DNA of 64,000 bases from an uncultured Bacilli bacterium (GCA_944332265.1 CALVJQ010000004.1:1840-65839), one strand, 5' to 3'; positions 20,159 through 28,490 are shown, counted from the stretch's first letter. Notes: generated by a model not told the origin, from the letters alone. Numbers and translations are program-made.

Positions 20159-20539
20159 TTATTCTTCTTCAATAACTTCTGCCGTAACATTTCCATTTTC
20201 TAAATAAGCCATTTTTATTTTCAACCCATTTAAAGTAGCATTACTATTTCGTGGATCAATTACATTACCCTCACTATCATCAGCAACATAATAGCCTTTT
20301 TCAATTAAATCATTCAAAGTAATGATTAAATTGCCTTCCTCTTCTAAATTATTTAAAGTCTTTCCATATATAGCAGCTTGTCTTTCAATTAAATGAACTA
20401 TCTCATTATAATAACTTTCACTTTTATCTTTAAAAGCATAAGAAGTTGTTGATAAAATACCAATCGTAAAAACTCCTAACACAATAATAACTACTAACAT
20501 TTCCAATGCTGTATAACCATTTCTTTTCATATACTTCAC
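20159..20539 (-). CDS. prepilin-type N-terminal cleavage/methylation domain protein (ComGC-like or type IV pseudopilin-like), orphan
   Basis: Class III signal MKYMKRNG|YTALEMLVVIIVLGV, with Gly at -1, Glu at +5 and a hydrophobic helix. Length is 126 aa. Confidence 0.7.
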   Translation of the reverse strand: MKYMKRNGYTALEMLVVIIVLGVFTIGILSTTSYAFKDKSESYYNEIVHLIERQAAIYGKTLNNLEEEGNLIITLNDLIEKGYYVADDSEGNVIDPRNSNATLNGLKIKMAYLENGNVTAEVIEEE

Positions 20540-20704
20540 CTTATATAATTATAACACAAATCAAATTAATAATAAATAATAGAAATTACATTCATATAAT
20601 TAGAAATGTAGTGTTACAATTGATGTTAAATATTTCTATATAAAAAAAGTAATTCAAGTCTTATAATTGAGTTAACCAAAAAACAAAGAAAGGACTTGAA
20701 TTAC

Positions 20705-20902
20705 ATGATAAATATATTACAAAACATTAGATATTTACCATATAATTCAAACACAAAATATTATAGAAATAGAAATAGAGCTAAGTATGTTTGTAGAAAT
20801 TATCATATTTTCCATCCCCATATCTCATTGGGACAAAAAATTGATGTTTTTAAAGATTATCTTGTTTACAAATCACACCAACCATTACTCATACAGAATT
20901 AG
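20705..20902 (+). CDS. possible small His/Tyr/Asn-rich protein (65 aa), doubtful
   Basis: ATG preceded by GAAAGGA at 10 nt. Sequence MINILQNIRYLPYNSNTKYYRNRNR..NYHIFHPHIS. No homology recognised and composition is close to the AT-rich background. Confidence 0.2.
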   Translation: MINILQNIRYLPYNSNTKYYRNRNRAKYVCRNYHIFHPHISLGQKIDVFKDYLVYKSHQPLLIQN

Positions 20903-21023
20903 AATTAAAATAGATTCTCCTACTGAATTAGGTAAAAAGTAACAGATAGATGTTAAACATCTTGAATTAATTTTATATTTTTTGTTTCACATCATTAAAA
21001 TATAGAAGAAATTATAATCCAAC

Positions 21024-21047
21024 AAAAAAGGTCAAAAGACCTTTTTT
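21024..21047. terminator. hairpin terminator downstream of the CotD-like gene
   Basis: A6-ggtc-aaaa-gacc-T6. Overlaps the stop codon of the CotD-like gene. Confidence 0.5.
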
Positions 21048-21339
21048 AAAAATTACCACCACATTGATCATATACATTACATACTTCATCTTCCATCGTA
21101 CAAGTATACATTGGCTGATAAGTATGTTTATATATATGATGATTAACAATTCTCGTATTAATTGGAATAATATGTGGAACTTCATAACACATTTCACGAT
21201 GACACACTCTTTCTTGTGGACACTCCATTATTGGCTGACAACAACATTGTTGACAATAAGGACATGTATTTACATCATTAACCATATTATTCATATTAGT
21301 TCCACTATTATCTTTTTCATAACATCTATTTATAAACAT
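21046..21339 (-). CDS. Cys/His-rich CotD-like spore coat protein
   Basis: CPYCQQCCCQPIMECPQERVCHREMCYEVPHIIPINTRIVNHHIYKHTYQPMYT resembles the CotD-family repeat pattern (..PH..P..T...NH........). The ATG at 21339 has GAAAGGA 9 nt upstream; the track ORF starts at a TTG at 21348. Confidence 0.5.
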   Translation of the reverse strand: MFINRCYEKDNSGTNMNNMVNDVNTCPYCQQCCCQPIMECPQERVCHREMCYEVPHIIPINTRIVNHHIYKHTYQPMYTCTMEDEVCNVYDQCGGNF

Positions 21340-21360
21340 CCTAAACAATCCTTTCTACTT

Positions 21361-21387
21361 TATGATATGTAAATAAAAAGAAATTGT
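21361..21387 (-). promoter_or_regulatory. possible mother-cell (sigma-K-like) promoter for the CotD-like gene
   Basis: Minus strand reads AC, then 16 nt, then CATATCATA. This matches the sigma-K consensus AC-N16/17-CATAnnnTA and sits between the upstream terminator and the SD. Short degenerate match in AT-rich DNA. Confidence 0.25.
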
Positions 21388-21394
21388 TTAGGAT

Positions 21395-21422
21395 AAAAAA
21401 AAAGACTTTTAATTAAAAGTCT
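21395..21422 (-). terminator. rho-independent terminator after the 372-aa membrane protein gene
   Basis: Palindrome agacttttaa/ttaaaagtct followed on the minus strand by T8. Overlaps the stop codon. Confidence 0.55.
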
Positions 21423-22531
21423 ATATCACATTCTTTTAAAGTAAATGTATAAATATCTTTATCACTAATTAAAACAAATATACATTTTTGATTTTTAACT
21501 ACTTCATAATAAATAATTGGTTTATTAATTAATCTTTGAGCATCTAATAATTCAGAGAAACTATAACAATCTATAATATTATAATCGCTTAATTTTGGTA
21601 ATTTTTTAGAATTAACAATTATTTTATCATAATCCTTTAATAAACCATCTCTTAAAACACAATATTTACTCTTTTTAACTCTTGTTCTAAATATAAATGA
21701 TAAAGCTAATAAGAAGAAAATTGTATCCATAATTAATAAACATATTCCAGAATATAATGAAAATTTATTAATTAATTGTGGACGATGATGTTCAACATAA
21801 GTATCTTTTTTTGAAACATCATTAGCGATATTTATAGTTACATGTGTAGATAATAATTGAATTGGAACTTCAATATAACTTTCTTTTACAATCTTTTCAT
21901 CAAACTTATTATAATCAATCTCCAAAGTAATATTCATCTTTAATGTCACTTTGCCTGTTATATTACCTGATTGATTCAAAGTCTTAGCTAAATTATTATA
22001 AGAATCATAATCTAAAGTAACATTTTGATTAATTTTAACTTCTTTAACATCTTTTGCTAAAACAACTTCATCAGGTACTAATGTATTAGAATCTTCAGAT
22101 ACAACAATATCACCATCTTTTATTGTTTTTACAGCAACAACATTATATGTATATTTTATATTAGCATTCTTATCTAATTCAAATTGATAATTAAAATCTG
22201 TACTTATATCATCAATATAATCAGAATAATAAGAATCAACTGAATTCAATTGACCAGTTCCAAATGGACTTTGATCTAAATATATAACATTTGATTTAAT
22301 ATCTGCATCTTCACTATAAGAAATTTTTTCATCAATACTTGAAGTAAAACTTTCATCAAAGCACACATAAGAAAAATAACCTATAATAGCAATTGAAACA
22401 AACATTAATACAACTCTTACCCAAAATGAAAAATAAAAATGAAAAGACTTATCTACATACTTATTCCTTCTATTAGGAATCTTTTTCATTTTGGCAAATT
22501 CTTCATCCTTTACTTTAACTTTCTTCTTCAT
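21413..22531 (-). CDS. two-TM membrane protein with large extracytoplasmic domain, unknown function
   Basis: Basic N-tail, TM (FWVRVVLMFVSIAIIGYFSYVCF), about 200-aa external domain, second TM (ICLLIMDTIFFLLALSFIF), and about 90-aa cytoplasmic C-domain. Overlaps the upstream gene by 17 nt. Confidence 0.5.
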   Translation of the reverse strand: MKKKVKVKDEEFAKMKKIPNRRNKYVDKSFHFYFSFWVRVVLMFVSIAIIGYFSYVCFDESFTSSIDEKISYSEDADIKSNVIYLDQSPFGTGQLNSVDSYYSDYIDDISTDFNYQFELDKNANIKYTYNVVAVKTIKDGDIVVSEDSNTLVPDEVVLAKDVKEVKINQNVTLDYDSYNNLAKTLNQSGNITGKVTLKMNITLEIDYNKFDEKIVKESYIEVPIQLLSTHVTINIANDVSKKDTYVEHHRPQLINKFSLYSGICLLIMDTIFFLLALSFIFRTRVKKSKYCVLRDGLLKDYDKIIVNSKKLPKLSDYNIIDCYSFSELLDAQRLINKPIIYYEVVKNQKCIFVLISDKDIYTFTLKECDIDF

Positions 22532-23075
22532 TTAAATCACCTTTATCTATACTTTCAAATTCTATCTCTATTTTTAAATCTTCTAATTTAATAGTTTTAA
22601 TCAAACCACTTTCATCATATAAAGGATTAAAATAAGTAGTTCTAACATTTACCTTCTTAATTACTTTGTCAGATTCAACTACATCACCAACGTTTATTCC
22701 TTCAATATTAATATCGATATAATCTTTATATTCTTCTATTCCATAAATATTGATATTAACAACTCTACCAGCCAAGTCACCTTTATTACTTATATCAAAT
22801 TGAAATAGTGCTCCAGAATTAATCTTTTTTAATTCAAGACCATATCCAATCTCATTACTAGTAATAATTGGATTTTTTATTACACTACCCGTATCCTCAT
22901 CCATATATATCCTAGTTGGGCTAATTAATTCAATTATAAAAGAATCTTCTTTTATTTTAGCTACTTCTGAAGAAGAATAAGAAATTCTTAACGCAGCCAA
23001 ACTACTACCTAAGCTCATTATTCCTACTATAAGACCTAAAACTATAAATAAACTTATCTTTTTAGTTTGACTCAT
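22515..23075 (-). CDS. secreted protein, unknown function
   Basis: Signal peptide MSQTKKISLFIVLGLIVGIMSLGSSLAA followed by a beta-rich 150-aa domain. Apparently in an operon with 21413..22531. Confidence 0.5.
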   Translation of the reverse strand: MSQTKKISLFIVLGLIVGIMSLGSSLAALRISYSSSEVAKIKEDSFIIELISPTRIYMDEDTGSVIKNPIITSNEIGYGLELKKINSGALFQFDISNKGDLAGRVVNINIYGIEEYKDYIDINIEGINVGDVVESDKVIKKVNVRTTYFNPLYDESGLIKTIKLEDLKIEIEFESIDKGDLNEEES

Positions 23076-23120
23076 ATAAGCACACCCTATTCTTAAAATA
23101 GTATATCATATTCCACCTTT

Positions 23121-23159
23121 TTTTAAAATAAAAAGAGTATTTATTTTTTAAATACTCTT
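23121..23159 (-). terminator. rho-independent terminator after ffh
   Basis: 10-bp stem aagagtattt / aaatactctt followed by a T-rich tract on the minus strand, immediately after the ffh stop. Confidence 0.6.
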
Positions 23160-23160
23160 C

Positions 23161-24468
23161 CTAAAATGGTAATTTCATATTTCCACTACTCATCATTTTC
23201 ATCATTTTTTTCATTTCTTCAAATTGTTTTAATAAACGATTTATCTCAGCAACATCTCTTCCTGACCCCTTACTGATTCTCTGCTTACGTGAAGCTTTTA
23301 AAACTTCAGGATGTTTTCTTTCATATGGTGTCATTGATAAAATTATCGCCTCAACATGAGCCATGTCTTTAGGATTAATATTTATATTATTTAATCCCAT
23401 CTTTCTCGCTTGAGGTAATAACTTAATAATATTTTCTAATGGTCCTAACTTCCTTATTTGTTTTAAATTAGTTAAAAAATCCTCTAAATCATATTTCCCA
23501 CTCATCATCTTTTTAGCTTGGGTCTCTGCTTCATCTTGTGATATTACATTTTCTACTTTCTCAGCAATTGATAAAACATCACCCATATCTAAAATACGTT
23601 CGGCCATTCTATCTGGGTAAAAAGGAGATAAGCCATCTAACTTTTCAGAATCTCCCACAAACTTTATTGGAACATTAGTTAAATGTCTAACAGATAAAGC
23701 AACTCCACCTTTTGTATCTCCATCTAATTTTGTTAAAATACAACCAGTTAAAGAAAGCTTATCATTAAACCCTTTTATAACATTTATTGCATCTTGTCCC
23801 ATCATAGCATCAATAACCAACAAAACTTCTTGTGGATGACATACATCAACAATTCCAACTAACTCATCCATCAAACCTTCATCAATATGTAAACGACCAG
23901 CAGTATCTATAATAACATAGTCATTACCATTTTCTAAAGCGTATTTTAAAGCATCTTTAACTATTTTATTAACTTCAATTTTACCTTCTGTAAAAACAGG
24001 TATATTAAGTTGTTTGCCTACCGTTTCCAATTGTTGAATTGCTGCTGGACGATAAATATCACAAGCAACCAACAAAGGCTTCTTCGCATGTTTCTTACGT
24101 AAATAATTAGCTAATTTACCACAAGTCGTTGTTTTACCACTTCCTTGTAAACCAACTAACATTGTTATAGCAGGTTTCCCCAAAACATTTAACGGAACTT
24201 CCTCTCCGCCTAATAAAGAAACTAATTCATCTTTAACTATTTTAATAAATAATTCATCAGGTTTTATCGATTTTTGTACTTCCATTCCTAAAGCTTTTTC
24301 TTTTACTTTATTAACAAACTCTTTAACTACCTGATAATTAACATCAGCTTCCAATAAAGCCATACGAATCTCACGCATCGCTTCACTAATATTCTCTTCT
24401 GTTATTCTTCCCATTCCACGAATATTCTTTATTGCTTTTGATAGTCTATCTCCCATATATTCAAACAT
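23161..24468 (-). CDS. ffh: signal recognition particle protein Ffh
   Basis: N domain, G domain with GLQGSGKTTTCGKLA, DTAGR and TKLDGD, and a Met-rich M domain (KKMMKMMSSGNM). ATG (MFEYMGDRLS) lies 5 nt after AGGTGA; the track starts at a GTG at 24477. Confidence 0.9.
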   Translation of the reverse strand: MFEYMGDRLSKAIKNIRGMGRITEENISEAMREIRMALLEADVNYQVVKEFVNKVKEKALGMEVQKSIKPDELFIKIVKDELVSLLGGEEVPLNVLGKPAITMLVGLQGSGKTTTCGKLANYLRKKHAKKPLLVACDIYRPAAIQQLETVGKQLNIPVFTEGKIEVNKIVKDALKYALENGNDYVIIDTAGRLHIDEGLMDELVGIVDVCHPQEVLLVIDAMMGQDAINVIKGFNDKLSLTGCILTKLDGDTKGGVALSVRHLTNVPIKFVGDSEKLDGLSPFYPDRMAERILDMGDVLSIAEKVENVISQDEAETQAKKMMSGKYDLEDFLTNLKQIRKLGPLENIIKLLPQARKMGLNNININPKDMAHVEAIILSMTPYERKHPEVLKASRKQRISKGSGRDVAEINRLLKQFEEMKKMMKMMSSGNMKLPF

Positions 24469-24511
24469 TTTAATCACCTATTTCCTATTATATCATATCT
24501 TTATTCTTATT

Positions 24512-24536
24512 AAAAAAGATAAGATTACCTTATCTT
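24512..24536 (-). terminator. rho-independent terminator after the 204-aa unknown gene
   Basis: Stem aagataag / cttatctt with a T6 trail on the minus strand. The stop codon lies inside the hairpin. Confidence 0.5.
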
Positions 24537-25139
24537 AAATCCTGTATTATTATCATTTTGCTTCATTCTTATTAATTTACCCATAAAAGAATCTTCTTCT
24601 CTAATCCCCAACATTCCTAAGGAATCATCCCTATTTAAAAAATTATTAAGCGTTTTCATTAAATAAGTATTATCTGCAAAAACATTCGCTAATAAAAGAT
24701 TTTCATCATCAACAAAATAATAAGAATAAGATTTTCCATTATCATCTACCATCAATAAACCATAATAACTATTATCTTTTTCTATTACCAATAATCTATT
24801 CAAACAACCAGCTAAAAAAATCAAACCAGGATTATCAACTATAGACATTATAATTTGCTTATTATTTAAATTCTTCGAATGTAAATAATTTATAATCTTT
24901 ATTAAATTCTTCCTTGTTAATATAATATCTAAAAACTTATCTCCATACATTTCATAAGCATTTATATAATAAGTAGAAAAAGAACTATTATCCATAAACA
25001 TAGAATAATATAGGTTGTTAATTGCTTTTTTTTGTAAATTTTTATCAGTTGTTAATCCTAAAAATAAATTAGTTAATAAATCTTTTTTATTTTTAAAATA
25101 TTTTAAAATACTATTATACATTTCTTTATTTACAATCAT
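24525..25139 (-). CDS. hypothetical protein translationally coupled to the HipA-like kinase
   Basis: ATG at 25139 overlaps the upstream TGA (ATGA), with AAGGGGGA 5 nt upstream. 204 aa with no motif recognised. The track ORF extends to 25163. Confidence 0.5.
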   Translation of the reverse strand: MIVNKEMYNSILKYFKNKKDLLTNLFLGLTTDKNLQKKAINNLYYSMFMDNSSFSTYYINAYEMYGDKFLDIILTRKNLIKIINYLHSKNLNNKQIIMSIVDNPGLIFLAGCLNRLLVIEKDNSYYGLLMVDDNGKSYSYYFVDDENLLLANVFADNTYLMKTLNNFLNRDDSLGMLGIREEDSFMGKLIRMKQNDNNTGFKIR

Positions 25140-26239
25140 CGCAATCCCCCTTTTACTTTCCATTCCTCTAAATCAAATCTTTTTTCTATCTCAGAAATAT
25201 GAACTTTAAAAATTTCTGCCAAATAATATTTTAACTTATCTGGTAAAGGTTGTCCAATCTTTTTTTCAACCTCTTCATATACTTCATTCATTCTTCCATC
25301 TTTTATAAAAGAAATCATTTTACCTAAAATTTCTTTATATTGACTATCAGAAATTACAATAAAATCCTCTAAAACATCTAAACAATTCTTCTTATCTTTT
25401 AAATTGTCACGTAATTCAACAGTTAATAAAGTACTTGGATGATAAACTTGACCTAATATTTTCTTATATAATCGAGGCTTTTTTATTTCATTTAATTTCT
25501 TATAAGAATTAAAATTATTTACTAAACTATCAAAAGTCTTTTGTCTATTTAAATTTAAAGCATTAGAATTATCATAAAGAGGTGCTAAAAAAGCTTTACC
25601 ATTTTCATCTATTCCAACCATCCAATTATCAGAATGACGATCTCCTTGAATTGTTAAAGCATCAAACATATATAAATTTGCTAAAGAGCTCATTAGTCTT
25701 GTAACATTATCTTCGGCATATGGTTTATTTCTAAAAAAATTAGTTAAAATAAGCCATAACTCTTCTAAACTATTAAGCTTATTAAGTAAACTTTTTTCAT
25801 CTAAACCTTCTAACCCTAACTCCTTAATTAAACCAATATCATTTTTTATATACCTATTATATACATCTACTATAATATCAGAACCAGTATAATATTTAAT
25901 CCCTTCTTTTTTAAAATTTTCTGTAATAACTCCTAAAATTTTTTTATCTTTATAAGTCAAAACCGCTAAATCATACTTTGCTGCTGATAAATAAGGTATT
26001 TGCATTTTTTCAATCATTAAAGACAGAATAAGTTCTGCATAAGCTTCCAAAGTATCTACATATTGTTCTTTAAACATCACTCTTCTATCATCTAAATCAA
26101 ACCAAAACTTACTTCGATTTCCTAATTGCTCTAAAGTTATCACATTTCTTAAATCTGTTATTTCATTAACATTAATACCATATTTACTAAAAAAGAATTC
26201 ATTTAAATTAATATAGCCATTTTCCCTTATTAATTGCAT
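25136..26239 (-). CDS. HipA-like Ser/Thr kinase domain protein
   Basis: Catalytic-loop-like IQGDRHSDNW and Mg-binding-like LAPLYD (nt 25571..25650) match the HipA_C pattern GNxDxHxxN....LAPxYD. Possible nucleotide-binding LGNRSKFWF. AGGAGA SD upstream. Confidence 0.55.
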   Translation of the reverse strand: MQLIRENGYINLNEFFFSKYGINVNEITDLRNVITLEQLGNRSKFWFDLDDRRVMFKEQYVDTLEAYAELILSLMIEKMQIPYLSAAKYDLAVLTYKDKKILGVITENFKKEGIKYYTGSDIIVDVYNRYIKNDIGLIKELGLEGLDEKSLLNKLNSLEELWLILTNFFRNKPYAEDNVTRLMSSLANLYMFDALTIQGDRHSDNWMVGIDENGKAFLAPLYDNSNALNLNRQKTFDSLVNNFNSYKKLNEIKKPRLYKKILGQVYHPSTLLTVELRDNLKDKKNCLDVLEDFIVISDSQYKEILGKMISFIKDGRMNEVYEEVEKKIGQPLPDKLKYYLAEIFKVHISEIEKRFDLEEWKVKGGLR

Positions 26240-26271
26240 CTTAATTCTCCTAATCTATAGACATTATATCA

Positions 26272-26300
26272 TAAAAAAACAATGATTTTAAAATCATTGT
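26272..26300 (-). terminator. rho-independent terminator after tmk
   Basis: Perfect 22-nt palindrome acaatgatttt/aaaatcattgt followed by T7 on the minus strand, 1 nt after the tmk stop. Confidence 0.6.
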
Positions 26301-26301
26301 T

Positions 26302-26982
26302 TTAATCCAATGTCTTCTTAACAATTTCATATACTTTTTCTTGAACTTCTTCTATATCTTTAAGTTTTCCTTTTTTATCAACACAATTAATTTTTTTATA
26401 TCCGTGAAGCTCAGCTAATTCCAAATATGCATGCTCAGCATTTCTAATATGTAATGGGCTAGCCTCATGTTGATCTGCCGGCTCTACTCTACCTCTTTTT
26501 AACTCAGCTACTTTCTTATATGGAACATATAAAAATATTGTTAAATCAGGTTTAGGTAATTCTAAAAAGCCATACTCTAAATTTGCTAAATCTTCATACA
26601 ATTTCAATCTTTCCTCTTTATCAAAAATTTTTCCCCCTTGATGTCCCATGTTACTTTCAACATAACGATCTAATACAACATCAATTCCTTGGTCTAACAA
26701 ATCAATTATTTCTTGACGATGATAACGACGATCAGCAGCATAATATAAAGCTGCCACTTTAGGATCAACAGATGCCGCTCCTTCAGGGAAAAAACCATCA
26801 CATATATATTTCTTACCTAAATAAGGCCCCCCGACAATCTTTCCAGTTGGTGAATCATAATCAGGAAAACTTAATCTTTCTATTTTCCTTCCTTCACGAC
26901 GCAATCTTTGAACTAACAAACTCGTTTGTGTTTCTTTACCAGAACAATCAGTTCCTTCTATAACAATTATCTTACCTTTCAT
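26302..26982 (-). CDS. tmk: thymidylate (dTMP) kinase family protein
   Basis: P-loop IVIEGTDCSGKETQ, the DRY motif (VLDRYVESN) and an LSFPDYDSPTGK segment resembling type I TMP kinases. Length is 226 aa. Confidence 0.7.
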   Translation of the reverse strand: MKGKIIVIEGTDCSGKETQTSLLVQRLRREGRKIERLSFPDYDSPTGKIVGGPYLGKKYICDGFFPEGAASVDPKVAALYYAADRRYHRQEIIDLLDQGIDVVLDRYVESNMGHQGGKIFDKEERLKLYEDLANLEYGFLELPKPDLTIFLYVPYKKVAELKRGRVEPADQHEASPLHIRNAEHAYLELAELHGYKKINCVDKKGKLKDIEEVQEKVYEIVKKTLD

Positions 26983-27075
26983 AAACTCTACCTACCTTAT
27001 AAAAATATCATAACACAATTCATATATTAATAAAAGTGTAAAAATTACACTTTACAACAAAAAAAGAAAATACTC

Positions 27076-27375
27076 TTACATATCAAGTATTTCTTTTAAT
27101 TTATTTTTTAACAAAGCTAAATCTTCTAAATTAACAATTTCAACAAGAGCAGTTTTCTTTTTATAAATATGTAAATTATCCTCATAATAATTTAATTTAT
27201 CAATTACATTTTTTAAAGTCTTATAAACAGCACTACGACTAACATTTTTTTCTGAAGCTATTTCTGAAAGAGATAAATCTTCATGATAATAATCTCTAAA
27301 TGTTACCCTTTCCTTTTCTGTCAAAAGAGCCTCATATATATCAAATAAATTATTATAATAAATAAACTCTTCCAT
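27076..27375 (-). CDS. ylxM: YlxM/UPF0122 putative DNA-binding protein
   Basis: 99 aa. LTEKERVTFRDYYHEDLSLSEIASEKNVSRSAVYKTL is a sigma-70 region-4-like HTH typical of YlxM. It lies directly downstream of ftsY. Confidence 0.8.
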   Translation of the reverse strand: MEEFIYYNNLFDIYEALLTEKERVTFRDYYHEDLSLSEIASEKNVSRSAVYKTLKNVIDKLNYYEDNLHIYKKKTALVEIVNLEDLALLKNKLKEILDM

Positions 27376-27377
27376 TA

Positions 27378-28490
27378 TTACATCATATCCTTAAATAAAC
27401 CATAAATATAATTTTCAATATCAAAAGGTTTTAAATCAGTCATCTTTTCTCCTAATCCAATAAATTTAACTGGAATTTTAACTTCTTCTTTAATTGCCAA
27501 AACTATACCACCTTTAGCTGTTCCATCTAGTTTAGTTAAAACTATTCCTGTTATATTAGTAATTTCTTTAAAAGCTATTGCTTGACTAACCCCATTTTGT
27601 CCTGTTGTTGCATCAATTACTAAAAGAGTTTCATGAGGTGCATTAGGAATTTGTCTCCCTATTACTTTATTAATTTTTTCTAATTCTTTCATCAAGTTAA
27701 CTTTATTTTGTAATCTTCCAGCCGTATCTATTAAAACAATATCAGCTTTTTCTTCTTTGGCTTTTACTAATCCATCAAAAATAACCCCTGCTGGATCTAT
27801 ATCCTCTTTCCCATAAAATAACGAACCAGTCTTATTTGCCCATTCTTCTAATTGCTTAACTGCTCCTGCTCTAAACGTATCTCCTGCAATCATCATTACT
27901 TTCTTACCATCACTAATATATTTATGAGCTAATTTAGCAATTGTTGTTGTTTTACCTACACCATTAACACCCACCATCAAAATAACAGTTGGACCATCTT
28001 GAGCTATATTAATTTTATCTGACAATGAATCATTATCAACATAAATAATAAATAATTCATCAACTATTACTTCATTTAAATATTCAGTACTAGTAATTTT
28101 TTCTTTTTTTACACGATCTCTAATTCGATCCATAAAATTCATTACAGTATTAACTCCAACATCAGCATTAATAAGCAATTCTTCCAATTCTTCAAAATAT
28201 TCTTCATTTATCTTAGTGTATTTAATTCCTAACATAGATAACTTAGAAACAAATTCCTTACGCGTCTTTTCTAATCCTTTATCATAAGAATCTATATCTT
28301 GTGCTGCTTGAATCCTCTGTTGTTTATTAACAAACTGAACCCAATCATCATCTTCTACAGTATTAATATCTTTTTCTTCTTTTACTTCTTCAATTTCTGA
28401 CACTTCATCAACTTGAAATTCTTCTTTTACTTCTTCAACTGTTTTTTCTTTTTTTGTTATTAAATTTTTAATTTTATCAAATAATCCCAT
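27378..28490 (-). CDS. ftsY: signal recognition particle receptor FtsY
   Basis: Acidic N-terminal region and an NG domain with GVNGVGKTTTIAKLA, DTAGR and TKLDGTAKGG. Confidence 0.9.
   Translation of the reverse strand: MGLFDKIKNLITKKEKTVEEVKEEFQVDEVSEIEEVKEEKDINTVEDDDWVQFVNKQQRIQAAQDIDSYDKGLEKTRKEFVSKLSMLGIKYTKINEEYFEELEELLINADVGVNTVMNFMDRIRDRVKKEKITSTEYLNEVIVDELFIIYVDNDSLSDKINIAQDGPTVILMVGVNGVGKTTTIAKLAHKYISDGKKVMMIAGDTFRAGAVKQLEEWANKTGSLFYGKEDIDPAGVIFDGLVKAKEEKADIVLIDTAGRLQNKVNLMKELEKINKVIGRQIPNAPHETLLVIDATTGQNGVSQAIAFKEITNITGIVLTKLDGTAKGGIVLAIKEEVKIPVKFIGLGEKMTDLKPFDIENYIYGLFKDMM

Noticed and set aside
20696-20902. 68-aa ORF as a transposase or IS remnant
   Set aside because: There are no DDE or HTH motifs and no flanking terminal inverted repeats beyond the 12-bp palindrome already described. 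It is kept only as a low-confidence small ORF.
24512-24536. Shared sequence AAAAAAGATAAG-N5/7-CTTATCTTAAA at 24512..24540 and 51505..51537, considered as a possible repeat family
   Set aside because: There are only two copies. Both are simple terminator hairpins overlapping stop codons (of the 204-aa gene and rpe), built from low-complexity A/T-rich arms. Chance similarity between terminators is the simpler explanation.
26302-26982. tmk as a functional part of the HipA-like cassette (a three-gene system)
   Set aside because: A strong terminator (26272..26300) separates tmk from the kinase gene, and a hairpin also separates tmk from ylxM. I therefore treat it as an independent transcription unit. 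Co-acquisition remains possible but is unsupported.
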